DNA of 64,000 bases from Bacteroidales bacterium. GTDB lineage: Bacteria > Bacteroidota > Bacteroidia > Bacteroidales > DTGW01. Position 1 is the stretch's first letter, and each line of letters opens with the position of its first letter. Below the pieces are notes generated by a model that was given only the letters and a program-made list of their open reading frames with translations, did no database searches and was not told where the DNA came from. A program made the position numbers and the translations under genes. Below are positions 9,225 through 17,241 of this stretch, piece by piece. The stretch spans positions 3,393-67,392 of the forward strand of contig JAOAFU010000234.1 in the NCBI GenBank assembly GCA_026416115.1, written 5' to 3'.

Positions 9225-10631
9225 ATGTCCGAAAGCAATGAAGAACTGGTAAAACGAATAGCAAAACTGGTAAAACAAAATAAAGAGCTTAAAGAAGAAA
9301 TTACACGCCTGAACAACTTGTATCTGAAATTGCAGGACGAAAACGATAATCTCAAAAAGATTCTCAGTAAATTTCAACAACCTACAAACCTTGCTAGTGA
9401 AATTGAGGATCAGAAAACCATGCGATTTCAGATGGCAACAGTACTTTTTGCCAACATCCATGGTTTTTCGCGTATTAGCGATCAAATCAACTCTCAGAAA
9501 GTTATCGATCAGCTCGATTCTATTATGTTTCATTTCGATAACATTGTTCAAAAATATAAAATTGAGAAAATCAAAACCATTGGCGATACGCTAATGTGCG
9601 CTGGTGGTATTCCCCAAAAAAATATTACCAACCCTGTTGAGGTTGTTTTGTCAGCTTTGGAAATGATTCAAATTGTCGACGAAATTCAGCATCAATCCGA
9701 GAATGGAAAAATATGGGAAATTAAAATGGGTATCCATACCGGACCTGTTACTGTAAATATGGGGGGAAATAAAAAGAATACATTTGAAATTAAAGGTGAT
9801 ACTGTCAATATAGCAACAAGGCTCGAATCATCGGGAGTGCCTGGGAATATTATAATTTCGGCCAATACATACGAACTGGTTAAAGAATTTTTTACCTGCG
9901 AATACATGGGAAAAATGCCTATTAAATACCATGGCGACATAGATATATATCTGGTAAAAGGCATAAAACCCGAATTGTCGGTGAATGAACAAGGAAGAAT
10001 TCCCAATGAACTTTTCAGGACACGCTTCGGATTATTACAATTTAATGACCTTCAGGAAATAATTCTTGATCGGCTTGAGAAAGAATTACCTCCTTATTTG
10101 TATTATCATAATGTAAAACACACGGTAGATGTTATTACCGAAGTTGAGCTAATTGGATGGGGTGAAGGGGTAAGCGACGAAGAAATATTACTTTTGAAAA
10201 CTGCAGCTCTGTTTCACGATTCAGGACATATCATCTCTTACGACAATCATGAGTACTTTGGTACCGTCCTTGCACGCGAATATTTGCCAAAATTTAACTA
10301 CACTAACGAGCAGATCGAAATTATTTGCGAACTAATAATGGCTACCAAGTTACCACCCAAACCGAAAAATCTGCTCGAAAAAATTATGTGCGATGCCGAT
10401 CTTGATTATTTGGGACGTTCTGACTTCATCCCTGTATCGAATACTCTTTACAGAGAACTAAAGGAACAAAATAAGATTGGGAGTTTGAACGACTGGAATA
10501 AACTTCAGTTAAAATTTATCTCTGGTCATCAGTATTTTACCCAAACTGCTCTTAGTCTTAGAGAGGTGAACAAGCAAAAACAAATTGAAAGGATTATACA
10601 ACTTATAGAACCCGAACCCAAAAATTTATAA
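9225..10631 (+). CDS. Coiled-coil / class III nucleotidyl cyclase domain / HD phosphohydrolase domain fusion protein
   Basis: 468 aa. Heptad-rich N-terminus. Cyclase motifs VLFANIHGFS, IKTIGDTLMCAGG and GDTVNIATRLES. HD motifs HNVKHTVDV, FHDSGH and DADLDYLG. Confidence 0.8.
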   Translation: MSESNEELVKRIAKLVKQNKELKEEITRLNNLYLKLQDENDNLKKILSKFQQPTNLASEIEDQKTMRFQMATVLFANIHGFSRISDQINSQKVIDQLDSIMFHFDNIVQKYKIEKIKTIGDTLMCAGGIPQKNITNPVEVVLSALEMIQIVDEIQHQSENGKIWEIKMGIHTGPVTVNMGGNKKNTFEIKGDTVNIATRLESSGVPGNIIISANTYELVKEFFTCEYMGKMPIKYHGDIDIYLVKGIKPELSVNEQGRIPNELFRTRFGLLQFNDLQEIILDRLEKELPPYLYYHNVKHTVDVITEVELIGWGEGVSDEEILLLKTAALFHDSGHIISYDNHEYFGTVLAREYLPKFNYTNEQIEIICELIMATKLPPKPKNLLEKIMCDADLDYLGRSDFIPVSNTLYRELKEQNKIGSLNDWNKLQLKFISGHQYFTQTALSLREVNKQKQIERIIQLIEPEPKNL

Positions 10632-10633
10632 CC

Positions 10634-10936
10634 ATGATAACCACATGTGTATATGTTGAGGTAAAACCCGAATATATTGATGAATTCATTGCTGCAACCT
10701 ATGTAAACCATGCAGCATCAATTCAAGAACCTGGTAACCTTCGCTTCGATGTTTTACAAGACAAAGAAGACCCTACTAAGTTTCTCCTATACGAGGCTTA
10801 TGTGAATGAAGAATCAGCAGCAGCTCATAAAGAAACCTCTCACTACAAAATATGGCGTGAAACCGTCGAAAAAATGATGGCAAATCCAAGAAAAGGTGTT
10901 AAGTATCAGTTGCTATACCCTAAAGTTTGCAGCTAA
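10634..10936 (+). CDS. LsrG-like ABM-fold (antibiotic biosynthesis monooxygenase superfamily) protein
   Basis: 100 aa. The segment EPGNLRFDVLQD...YEAY...H..T.HY matches E. coli LsrG as recalled from memory. Starts 2 nt after the cyclase-HD gene. Confidence 0.75.
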   Translation: MITTCVYVEVKPEYIDEFIAATYVNHAASIQEPGNLRFDVLQDKEDPTKFLLYEAYVNEESAAAHKETSHYKIWRETVEKMMANPRKGVKYQLLYPKVCS

Positions 10937-10938
10937 AA

Positions 10939-12105
10939 ATGAATATTTTTGATTTCGCTCCTACTCCCAAATTATTTTTTGGCCCCAACTCTTTGAACGT
11001 ATTACCTAAAGTCATCGAACAATGGGGCGAAAGAGTACTATTGATTACAGGAAACCATTCATTTGATCAACCTAAATTGAAGAATGAATTTCAACAACTT
11101 TTAAGCTCATTTTCTGTCACACACTTTAGCAGTAGTGGAGAACCAACTGTAGAAACTGTTAACAAAATCCTTCAAAAAGTTCGCCCCAATAAATTTGACT
11201 GCGTGATAAGCATAGGAGGAGGGAGTATTATTGATCTTGGTAAAGCCTTGTCGGCTATGTGTACCGTCGACGACGAAATTGAAAACTATCTAGAAGGTTT
11301 ACCAACTTTTAGGCCTCATCCGGGCACAAAAATTCCTTTTATAGCCATTCCAACCACTGCAGGTACAGGGAGCGAAGCAACAAAAAATGCGGTTATTACT
11401 AAATATGGTAAAAATGGATATAAACGTTCATTAAGACATAGTAATTTCGTCCCCAATGTTGCTATAATAGATCCCCTACTCCATCTTTCCTGTCCACCAC
11501 AGGTAACAGCAGCCAGCGGACTAGATGCTCTAACGCAGCTAATTGAATCGTACCTATCGCCTCAATCGAACCTACTTACCGACATTCTGGCAGAGAAAGG
11601 TATTGAATTGGCAGTTCGTTCTTTAAACAAAGCATATGCTGAACCAGAACATCTCGAATCACGCGCTCACATGGCCATGGCAGCATATCTCTCGGGATTA
11701 ACATTGGCTCATGCCGGATTAGGAGCAGTTCACGGATTTGCATCAAGCATTGGTGGTATGTATCAAATTCCGCACGGAGTTATTTGTGGTTGCCTTTTAG
11801 TTAATACCCTTCAGAAAAATTTAAATAAAATGTTGGTTCAATCTGATAATCTGAGCAAAACTAAAATACACAGGCTAGCTGAATTAATTTTATCGTCCCC
11901 CCCTTCGCAAGTAATTGAAGAAAATGTGCATAATATAATTTATCAACTGGAAAACCTTCAAAAAGCATTAAAAATACCTAAGTTACAACAGATAGGAATC
12001 CAACATAACGACATAGACAAAATAGCAGCAGTAACACAAATAAAAAACAATCCTGTTGATCTTGCAATTGAAGAACTTAAGGAAATACTAGTTGCCAGTT
12101 GGTAA
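10939..12105 (+). CDS. Iron-containing (group III) alcohol dehydrogenase family protein
   Basis: Fe-ADH motifs GGGSIIDLGKA and PTTAGTGSE, with a His cluster near GLGAVHGFAS...PHG. The ATG at 10939 (MNIFDF...) sits just after the upstream stop. The track start at 10927 is an alternative. Confidence 0.85.
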   Translation: MNIFDFAPTPKLFFGPNSLNVLPKVIEQWGERVLLITGNHSFDQPKLKNEFQQLLSSFSVTHFSSSGEPTVETVNKILQKVRPNKFDCVISIGGGSIIDLGKALSAMCTVDDEIENYLEGLPTFRPHPGTKIPFIAIPTTAGTGSEATKNAVITKYGKNGYKRSLRHSNFVPNVAIIDPLLHLSCPPQVTAASGLDALTQLIESYLSPQSNLLTDILAEKGIELAVRSLNKAYAEPEHLESRAHMAMAAYLSGLTLAHAGLGAVHGFASSIGGMYQIPHGVICGCLLVNTLQKNLNKMLVQSDNLSKTKIHRLAELILSSPPSQVIEENVHNIIYQLENLQKALKIPKLQQIGIQHNDIDKIAAVTQIKNNPVDLAIEELKEILVASW

Positions 12106-12161
12106 TTTTGGTAAGAAATTTGTAGGATAAATCATACGAAAAACTCTTAAAATTTAAACTT

Positions 12162-12848
12162 ATGTATTGGATAATATTAATTCTAACCTTTGGCTTTAGC
12201 TGGTATATAGGCTGGAAGCTTAAGAAAAAATTTCAGGAATATTCCGAAGTACCTCTCTCGCAGGGTTTAAGCGGCAAGGAAATTGCTGAAAAAATGCTTC
12301 GTGATCATGGTATTTACGATGTAAAAGTAGTTTCGGTAGAGGGAACCCTCACCGACCATTATAACCCGGTAAACAAAACGGTCAATTTGAGTCCCGATGT
12401 GTACTATGGGCGTAACATTTCAGCTGCAGCTGTTGCTGCCCACGAATGTGGTCATGCTGTTCAACATGCCCAAGCATATGCATGGTTAGGATTACGTTCA
12501 GCCCTTGTTCCTATCCAAAACATTAGCGCACAGTTAATGAATGCCATTTTTCTAATCTTATTTTTTGGCTCGTTATTCATAAACGGTTTATTTCCATTAG
12601 CCTTACCTATTATTATTGGTTGTTACTTTATTTTTACCTTGTTTGCATTCATTACCTTACCAGTAGAAATTAATGCCAGCAAACGTGCCTTAGCATGGCT
12701 ATATAGCAGTGGAATAACTTCGAATCAACAACAAACCATGGCAGCCGATGCTCTCAAATGGGCTGCTCGAACTTATGTTGTTGCAGCACTTTCATCATTG
12801 GCAATGTTGCTATACTATTTAATGCTCTTCCTCGGAAGGAGAGATTAA
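12162..12848 (+). CDS. Membrane zinc metallopeptidase (YugP-like neutral zinc metallopeptidase family)
   Basis: 228 aa. N-terminal TM helix, HEXXH motif (AHECGHAVQH) and several C-terminal TM helices. Confidence 0.8.
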   Translation: MYWIILILTFGFSWYIGWKLKKKFQEYSEVPLSQGLSGKEIAEKMLRDHGIYDVKVVSVEGTLTDHYNPVNKTVNLSPDVYYGRNISAAAVAAHECGHAVQHAQAYAWLGLRSALVPIQNISAQLMNAIFLILFFGSLFINGLFPLALPIIIGCYFIFTLFAFITLPVEINASKRALAWLYSSGITSNQQQTMAADALKWAARTYVVAALSSLAMLLYYLMLFLGRRD

Positions 12849-12870
12849 TTTTTGATATCAAATATGAAAG

Positions 12871-12899
12871 AAAAAGGGGGATTATTCCCCCTTTTTTTT
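12871..12899 (+). terminator. Rho-independent terminator
   Basis: AAAAAGGGGG / CCCCCTTTTT stem (GGGGG 12876-12880, CCCCC 12887-12891), 6-nt loop, then eight T. Confidence 0.75.
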
Positions 12900-12924
12900 G
12901 AAATTTACAATAAGCAAAATACAA

Positions 12925-13632
12925 ATGAAAAAGCTATACATTATTGCCTTCCTAATTGCAGGTGTTCTCATAAAAAATTATTCACAGACAACAAGGTATT
13001 TCGAATTCAAAACCCAATGCGGGCATGGAAATTGGCAAGATACCTCCTTTATTGCAGCAACCAGTGTGCAGGAAGTAATTGATTCGGTTCTTACCGATTT
13101 ATCTCGTCCATATGAACAACGTAAATTTATTTCGGGACCTATCGCCCCTGGACATGGTGGGCATAATCATAATGCAAATCATTGGTTTAAATGGCACTTT
13201 ATTCCAGATCAATGGGTACTTGTAGAAATGGCTATAGAAATATGTGATGGCTGTCCATACAGCGATCTTGATTCCGATACTTCATACTGGATAAGGACTA
13301 TTGGTCGATTTTGTCCTTGGTCGGGTAAACCCGTAAGAGAAATTGCGCCTCCTTCCGAATCTATTTTACCAACGAATAAATCAAAAATATCATTTTTCCC
13401 AAACCCTGCACAAAATTACGTGATTGTCAATAAAAAAATTGCTGGTATGCTTTCTCTTAACATCTATAATCTGCAAGGTAAATTAATTTTAAATCGCAAC
13501 ATTGAGGATACCTTTACACAACTTGACATCAAAACATTGCCCGATGGTATTTACTGGATTAAAGCTCGTTATGGGCACAACGTCGAATTGAAAAAAATGC
13601 TGAAAATAAGTTCTCCTCTCCCTAACTACTAA
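12925..13632 (+). CDS. Secreted His/Cys-rich protein with T9SS C-terminal sorting domain
   Basis: The ATG at 12925 gives a signal peptide (MKKLYIIAFLIAGVLI). The track start at 12898 is a TTG inside the terminator. The C-terminal ~80 aa (ISFFPNPAQNYVIV...LNIYNLQGKLI...GIYWIK) matches the Por/T9SS tail. The N-domain has GHGGHNHNANH and several Cys. Confidence 0.7.
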   Translation: MKKLYIIAFLIAGVLIKNYSQTTRYFEFKTQCGHGNWQDTSFIAATSVQEVIDSVLTDLSRPYEQRKFISGPIAPGHGGHNHNANHWFKWHFIPDQWVLVEMAIEICDGCPYSDLDSDTSYWIRTIGRFCPWSGKPVREIAPPSESILPTNKSKISFFPNPAQNYVIVNKKIAGMLSLNIYNLQGKLILNRNIEDTFTQLDIKTLPDGIYWIKARYGHNVELKKMLKISSPLPNY

Positions 13633-14966
13633 TTACTATCTTTCCAAATTCGGTCGAGACTTGTGCCTTTACTCACAATAACCTTATTTTTGTCGAGAAG
13701 ATAAAAGTAAGGTACATTCTCAAAAAAGTATCGACTACGTATATTGCTTTTCTTTAATGGGTCATAACCGTGAATAAAAGGGCTGTCGAATTTTTTAATG
13801 TATTCGATCCAAGGCGCTTTATTCGAGTGCACATAAATAGCTACCACAACAAGATCCCTACTTTTTAACGACTTAACAAGTCTTACTAACTCCTGATATT
13901 TGCTCTGACAAATATCACATTCAGGATCCCAGAAAAATAATATGATTTTTTGTGCCGAAATTTCATCCAATCTAAACGCTTTCTCATTAGGCGAAAACAA
14001 AAGCAAATCGCTCGCTCTTGAGCCAATAGTTGAAGATTTAATCAAGCTTATTTTCTTTTCGAGTTGATTTATAAACCTTTTATCTGCCCAGGGTGCATTA
14101 CCATTGAGATAATATTTTTCGGCCAAATATACATATACCTTTTCGTAAGCAGGAGTTCTGCAATGTCGATAATTTTGGTTGAAGAAACTCAAAAGATATT
14201 TATACATTTCCTCATTTGAACGAGCCTTATCCAAAAAAAGGCTAATCCTCGATATTAATGTATCGGGGTGTTGAGAGATAAAAACGTTAAAATAATAGTT
14301 AAGCTGCTCAAACAATAATCTCGATTGAATTAACCGGTTATCGCTAAAGGGAAAATTTGCAATAAAATGTTTTTCGGCTGCCTGTTGGAGGTTAATGAAA
14401 GTCTTGGAGGATACCTCCTTAGGCATATGATTAGTTCGACGATTTAAACCTAGTAACTTAAAATAAGCAGATAGGAGCGATGTTGGTAGAAACTTATTTA
14501 CCGAATCGATAAAAGCTTCCATTTCTATTTGTAATTGTGCTATTTTAAGACTATCGTTCGATTGTTTCAGCTTTTCAAATTCCATTCGTAACATTTGATG
14601 TTTTATAAACAATGAAGGCTGGGTTGCACCAACAATGGACAATTTCTTCAAAATTGCCGATGTGTCGGTGGTTATAGATAAAAACTGCTCATCATCTATG
14701 AGTAGTTCAAAATACTTTTTATTGGGAAAAGTTACTACATAAACGCCAGGTTTTAATCGAGCTTTGCTAACATAAGCCCCTGTACCCTGTTCATTTAATC
14801 GTATTGTGTCTATTATTATTTGCTTATCGAGATATTCGACGCCAAAAACAACAAAGGAATTTTCTATACCCTTGATTTCGAAATCGATCTGTGTAGCAAT
14901 TTTTTGAGAGAACAAGTTTCCTACGACGAACAACTGAATTGCCACAATAACATGTTGAGCCTTCAT
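13629..14966 (-). CDS. Thioredoxin-fold (TlpA/AhpC-like) exported protein with a long N-terminal domain
   Basis: 445 aa with a signal peptide. C-terminal thioredoxin-like region with a CxxC motif (FFWDPECDICQ). The N-terminal part is unassigned. Confidence 0.6.
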   Translation of the reverse strand: MKAQHVIVAIQLFVVGNLFSQKIATQIDFEIKGIENSFVVFGVEYLDKQIIIDTIRLNEQGTGAYVSKARLKPGVYVVTFPNKKYFELLIDDEQFLSITTDTSAILKKLSIVGATQPSLFIKHQMLRMEFEKLKQSNDSLKIAQLQIEMEAFIDSVNKFLPTSLLSAYFKLLGLNRRTNHMPKEVSSKTFINLQQAAEKHFIANFPFSDNRLIQSRLLFEQLNYYFNVFISQHPDTLISRISLFLDKARSNEEMYKYLLSFFNQNYRHCRTPAYEKVYVYLAEKYYLNGNAPWADKRFINQLEKKISLIKSSTIGSRASDLLLFSPNEKAFRLDEISAQKIILFFWDPECDICQSKYQELVRLVKSLKSRDLVVVAIYVHSNKAPWIEYIKKFDSPFIHGYDPLKKSNIRSRYFFENVPYFYLLDKNKVIVSKGTSLDRIWKDSN

Positions 14967-15120
14967 ATTTTTTTTAGATATTTCTTAAGAATAATAAATT
15001 TCAAAATATTTGAGAGAAGTCTATGTAAAAGCTTTCTTCCTCTTTTTTTCTCTCGAAACACAATAATTTAGTTGAACTTAATAAACCAATGGTAACTTAT
15101 AATTAACTTTTTTCGGACAT

Positions 15121-15660
15121 TTATTTTTTGTTTGCTAACTCATCAAGTTTTATTTTAATCTCTCCGAGCAATTTTTTTAAATAAACAAGTTCATCGGTAT
15201 CGATATGCAAGGTTGATTTGCTATCCTCATAGATTAATTTAAGGTAAATTGTCCATTTCTTTTTAATAGGCGTATAAAAAGCTCCTAAGGTAAAACCTCC
15301 TTTGCAAACATATAAAATATCGACATAGTGATCGAGAGGTTCAAAATTAATCTGCTCCAAAATATGATCGCATGTTTTTCTTAAGGGTTCAATTTCACTT
15401 GCATCAAATTCGTTAATTTTTGGCTGCATTAAAAGTTCGTTTTGAAAAATCATTTCGAGGCGTACGGCTTTTTTGACCGAATTATTGAGTACATCGTTTA
15501 CAATCATGACTTTAAACTCAATGGCATCGATATTTCCTGCATCATAAAAACGAATGTGGAGCAGTTTAGATGGTTCTACTGTTGTTATCTGTGCATCCTG
15601 TGCCAGCAGAATCGATGAAAATTTGAGCAGCAATATGCAAATAATGAATTTTCGTAACAT
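15121..15660 (-). CDS. Hypothetical exported protein
   Basis: 179 aa with a clear signal peptide (MLRKFIICILLLKFSSILLAQ). No recognisable motif. Confidence 0.5.
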   Translation of the reverse strand: MLRKFIICILLLKFSSILLAQDAQITTVEPSKLLHIRFYDAGNIDAIEFKVMIVNDVLNNSVKKAVRLEMIFQNELLMQPKINEFDASEIEPLRKTCDHILEQINFEPLDHYVDILYVCKGGFTLGAFYTPIKKKWTIYLKLIYEDSKSTLHIDTDELVYLKKLLGEIKIKLDELANKK

Positions 15661-15983
15661 AGTAATTCAATTTTAGATAGTTCTAAAATTAGGATAAAAA
15701 AGTTCAAATGTGTCATTTTTTATGAAAAAACTATTTGTTTCACCTTTGCCCAAAATATTTATCAAATACCCCTTTAGCATACCTACAAAGTTGATGACCA
15801 AAAGATATTTTGAATAATTTTCGAATGAATAAAATCACAATCAAGCTTTTACCAATATTAGTTTAATTAATATATAAGAGATTTATTTTTAATAACTTTC
15901 AGTAATACAAAAAATCTTAGCGTGATTCAACTAGGAAACTTAAAAAAATATCGGGAATCTGGTCGAGGAATATTTGAAAAATG

Positions 15984-16016
15984 AAAATAAAAAAAGCCAG
16001 TCGTTTTTGACTGGCT
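15984..16016 (-). terminator. Rho-independent terminator downstream of fba
   Basis: 8-bp stem AGCCAGTC / GACTGGCT (15995-16002 / 16009-16016). On the minus strand it is followed by a T-run (plus-strand A-run 15989-15995). Lies 27 nt after the fba stop. Confidence 0.7.
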
Positions 16017-16042
16017 TAAAAAAGTATTTAATGAAAATCGAA

Positions 16043-17035
16043 TCAAGCTTTATTAGCACTTCCAAGCACATTAATAATTTTATGCTTGTAAAGTTCTTTA
16101 AGAGCATCGCGTGCAGGACCCAAATATTTACGTGGGTCGAATTCGGCAGGATTTTCGGCCAATACCTTACGGATAGCTGCTGTCATAGCCAAACGGCCAT
16201 CGGAGTCGATATTAATTTTACAAACTGCCGAAGCAGCGGCACGGCGTAATTGATCTTCAGGAATACCTACAGCATCTTTTAACTTTCCACCATAGGAGTT
16301 AATTGAGCGAACCAGGTCGACAGGTACCGAAGATGCACCATGCAAAACAATTGGAAAACCAGGAATACGACGCTCAATTTCTTCGAGAATATCGAACCGT
16401 AGAGGAGGTGGTACTAATATTCCGTCTGGAGTACGAGTACATTGTTCGGGTTTAAACTTATTAGCACCATGGGAAGTACCAATGGAAATTGCTAATGAGT
16501 CAACACCCGTTTTCTTAACAAAATCTTCAACTTCTTCGGGACGAGTGTAGTGCGATTGCTCAGCAACAACATCATCTTCTATACCAGCTAGTACCCCTAA
16601 CTCACCTTCAACAGTTACATCATATTTATGAGCATATTCTACAACCGAACGAGTGATTTCAACATTCTTTTCGTATGGATGATGTGAACCATCAATCATA
16701 ACCGACGAAAAGCCCATTTCGATACAGCTCTTGCAAAGTTCGAGAGAATCGCCGTGGTCGAGGTGTAAAACAATGGGAATGGCATAACCCAATTCCTTAG
16801 CATATTCAACAGCCCCTTGTGCCAAATACCGCAAAAGTGTTTGATTAGCGTATTTGCGAGCACCCGACGATACCTGCAAAATAACAGGTGAGCGAGTTTC
16901 GACACAAGCTGAGATTATAGCTTGTAATTGCTCGAGGTTATTAAAGTTAAAGGCAGGTATTGCATATCCTCCCTTAACTGCTTTCTGGAAAAGTTCTCTT
17001 GAATTTACCAGACCTAACTCTTTATAATGAACCAT
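16043..17035 (-). CDS. fba: Class II fructose-1,6-bisphosphate aldolase
   Basis: 330 aa. YAIPAFNFNN near the N-terminus, LHLDHG and HGASS zinc/substrate motifs. Confidence 0.92.
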   Translation of the reverse strand: MVHYKELGLVNSRELFQKAVKGGYAIPAFNFNNLEQLQAIISACVETRSPVILQVSSGARKYANQTLLRYLAQGAVEYAKELGYAIPIVLHLDHGDSLELCKSCIEMGFSSVMIDGSHHPYEKNVEITRSVVEYAHKYDVTVEGELGVLAGIEDDVVAEQSHYTRPEEVEDFVKKTGVDSLAISIGTSHGANKFKPEQCTRTPDGILVPPPLRFDILEEIERRIPGFPIVLHGASSVPVDLVRSINSYGGKLKDAVGIPEDQLRRAAASAVCKINIDSDGRLAMTAAIRKVLAENPAEFDPRKYLGPARDALKELYKHKIINVLGSANKA

Positions 17036-17064
17036 TTTCTTATAGTTTTTGTTAAAATGAACGG

Positions 17065-17072
17065 CAAAGATA
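17065..17072 (-). promoter_or_regulatory. -7 box for fba (TATCTTTG on the minus strand)
   Basis: Plus-strand CAAAGATA is the reverse complement of a TAnnTTTG match, about 30 nt upstream of the fba ATG. Confidence 0.4.
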
Positions 17073-17177
17073 TAAAATAATTTTCATGCTCCATTAATCT
17101 GTTACAATTTATATGCTATTTTATTATTTTTATTTAAAATATTGTTTTTCAAACAGATAGAATATGATAATATCCTA

Positions 17178-17215
17178 CAAAAAAAGCACTCTTCCTACAA
17201 CTTTGGAAGAATGCT
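17178..17215 (-). terminator. Rho-independent terminator downstream of the OmpA-family gene
   Basis: 11-bp stem with one mismatch (AGCACTCTTCC 17185-17195 / GGAAGAATGCT 17205-17215), followed on the minus strand by a T-run. Confidence 0.6.
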
Positions 17216-17241
17216 TAACCAAAATATCGAATAAATATATC

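Noticed and set aside
9210-9551. 113-aa minus-strand ORF
   Set aside because: It is antisense to the coiled-coil N-terminus of the cyclase-HD gene. It is a mirror-image artefact of Lys/Glu/Leu codons.
12852-13082. 76-aa plus-strand ORF
   Set aside because: It starts upstream of the terminator hairpin and runs through it, and it overlaps the better-supported T9SS gene (ATG 12925) out of frame.
13629-13632. 4-nt overlap of two convergent stop codons (CTAA) with no terminator between
   Set aside because: This is a common compact arrangement and does not by itself indicate regulation.
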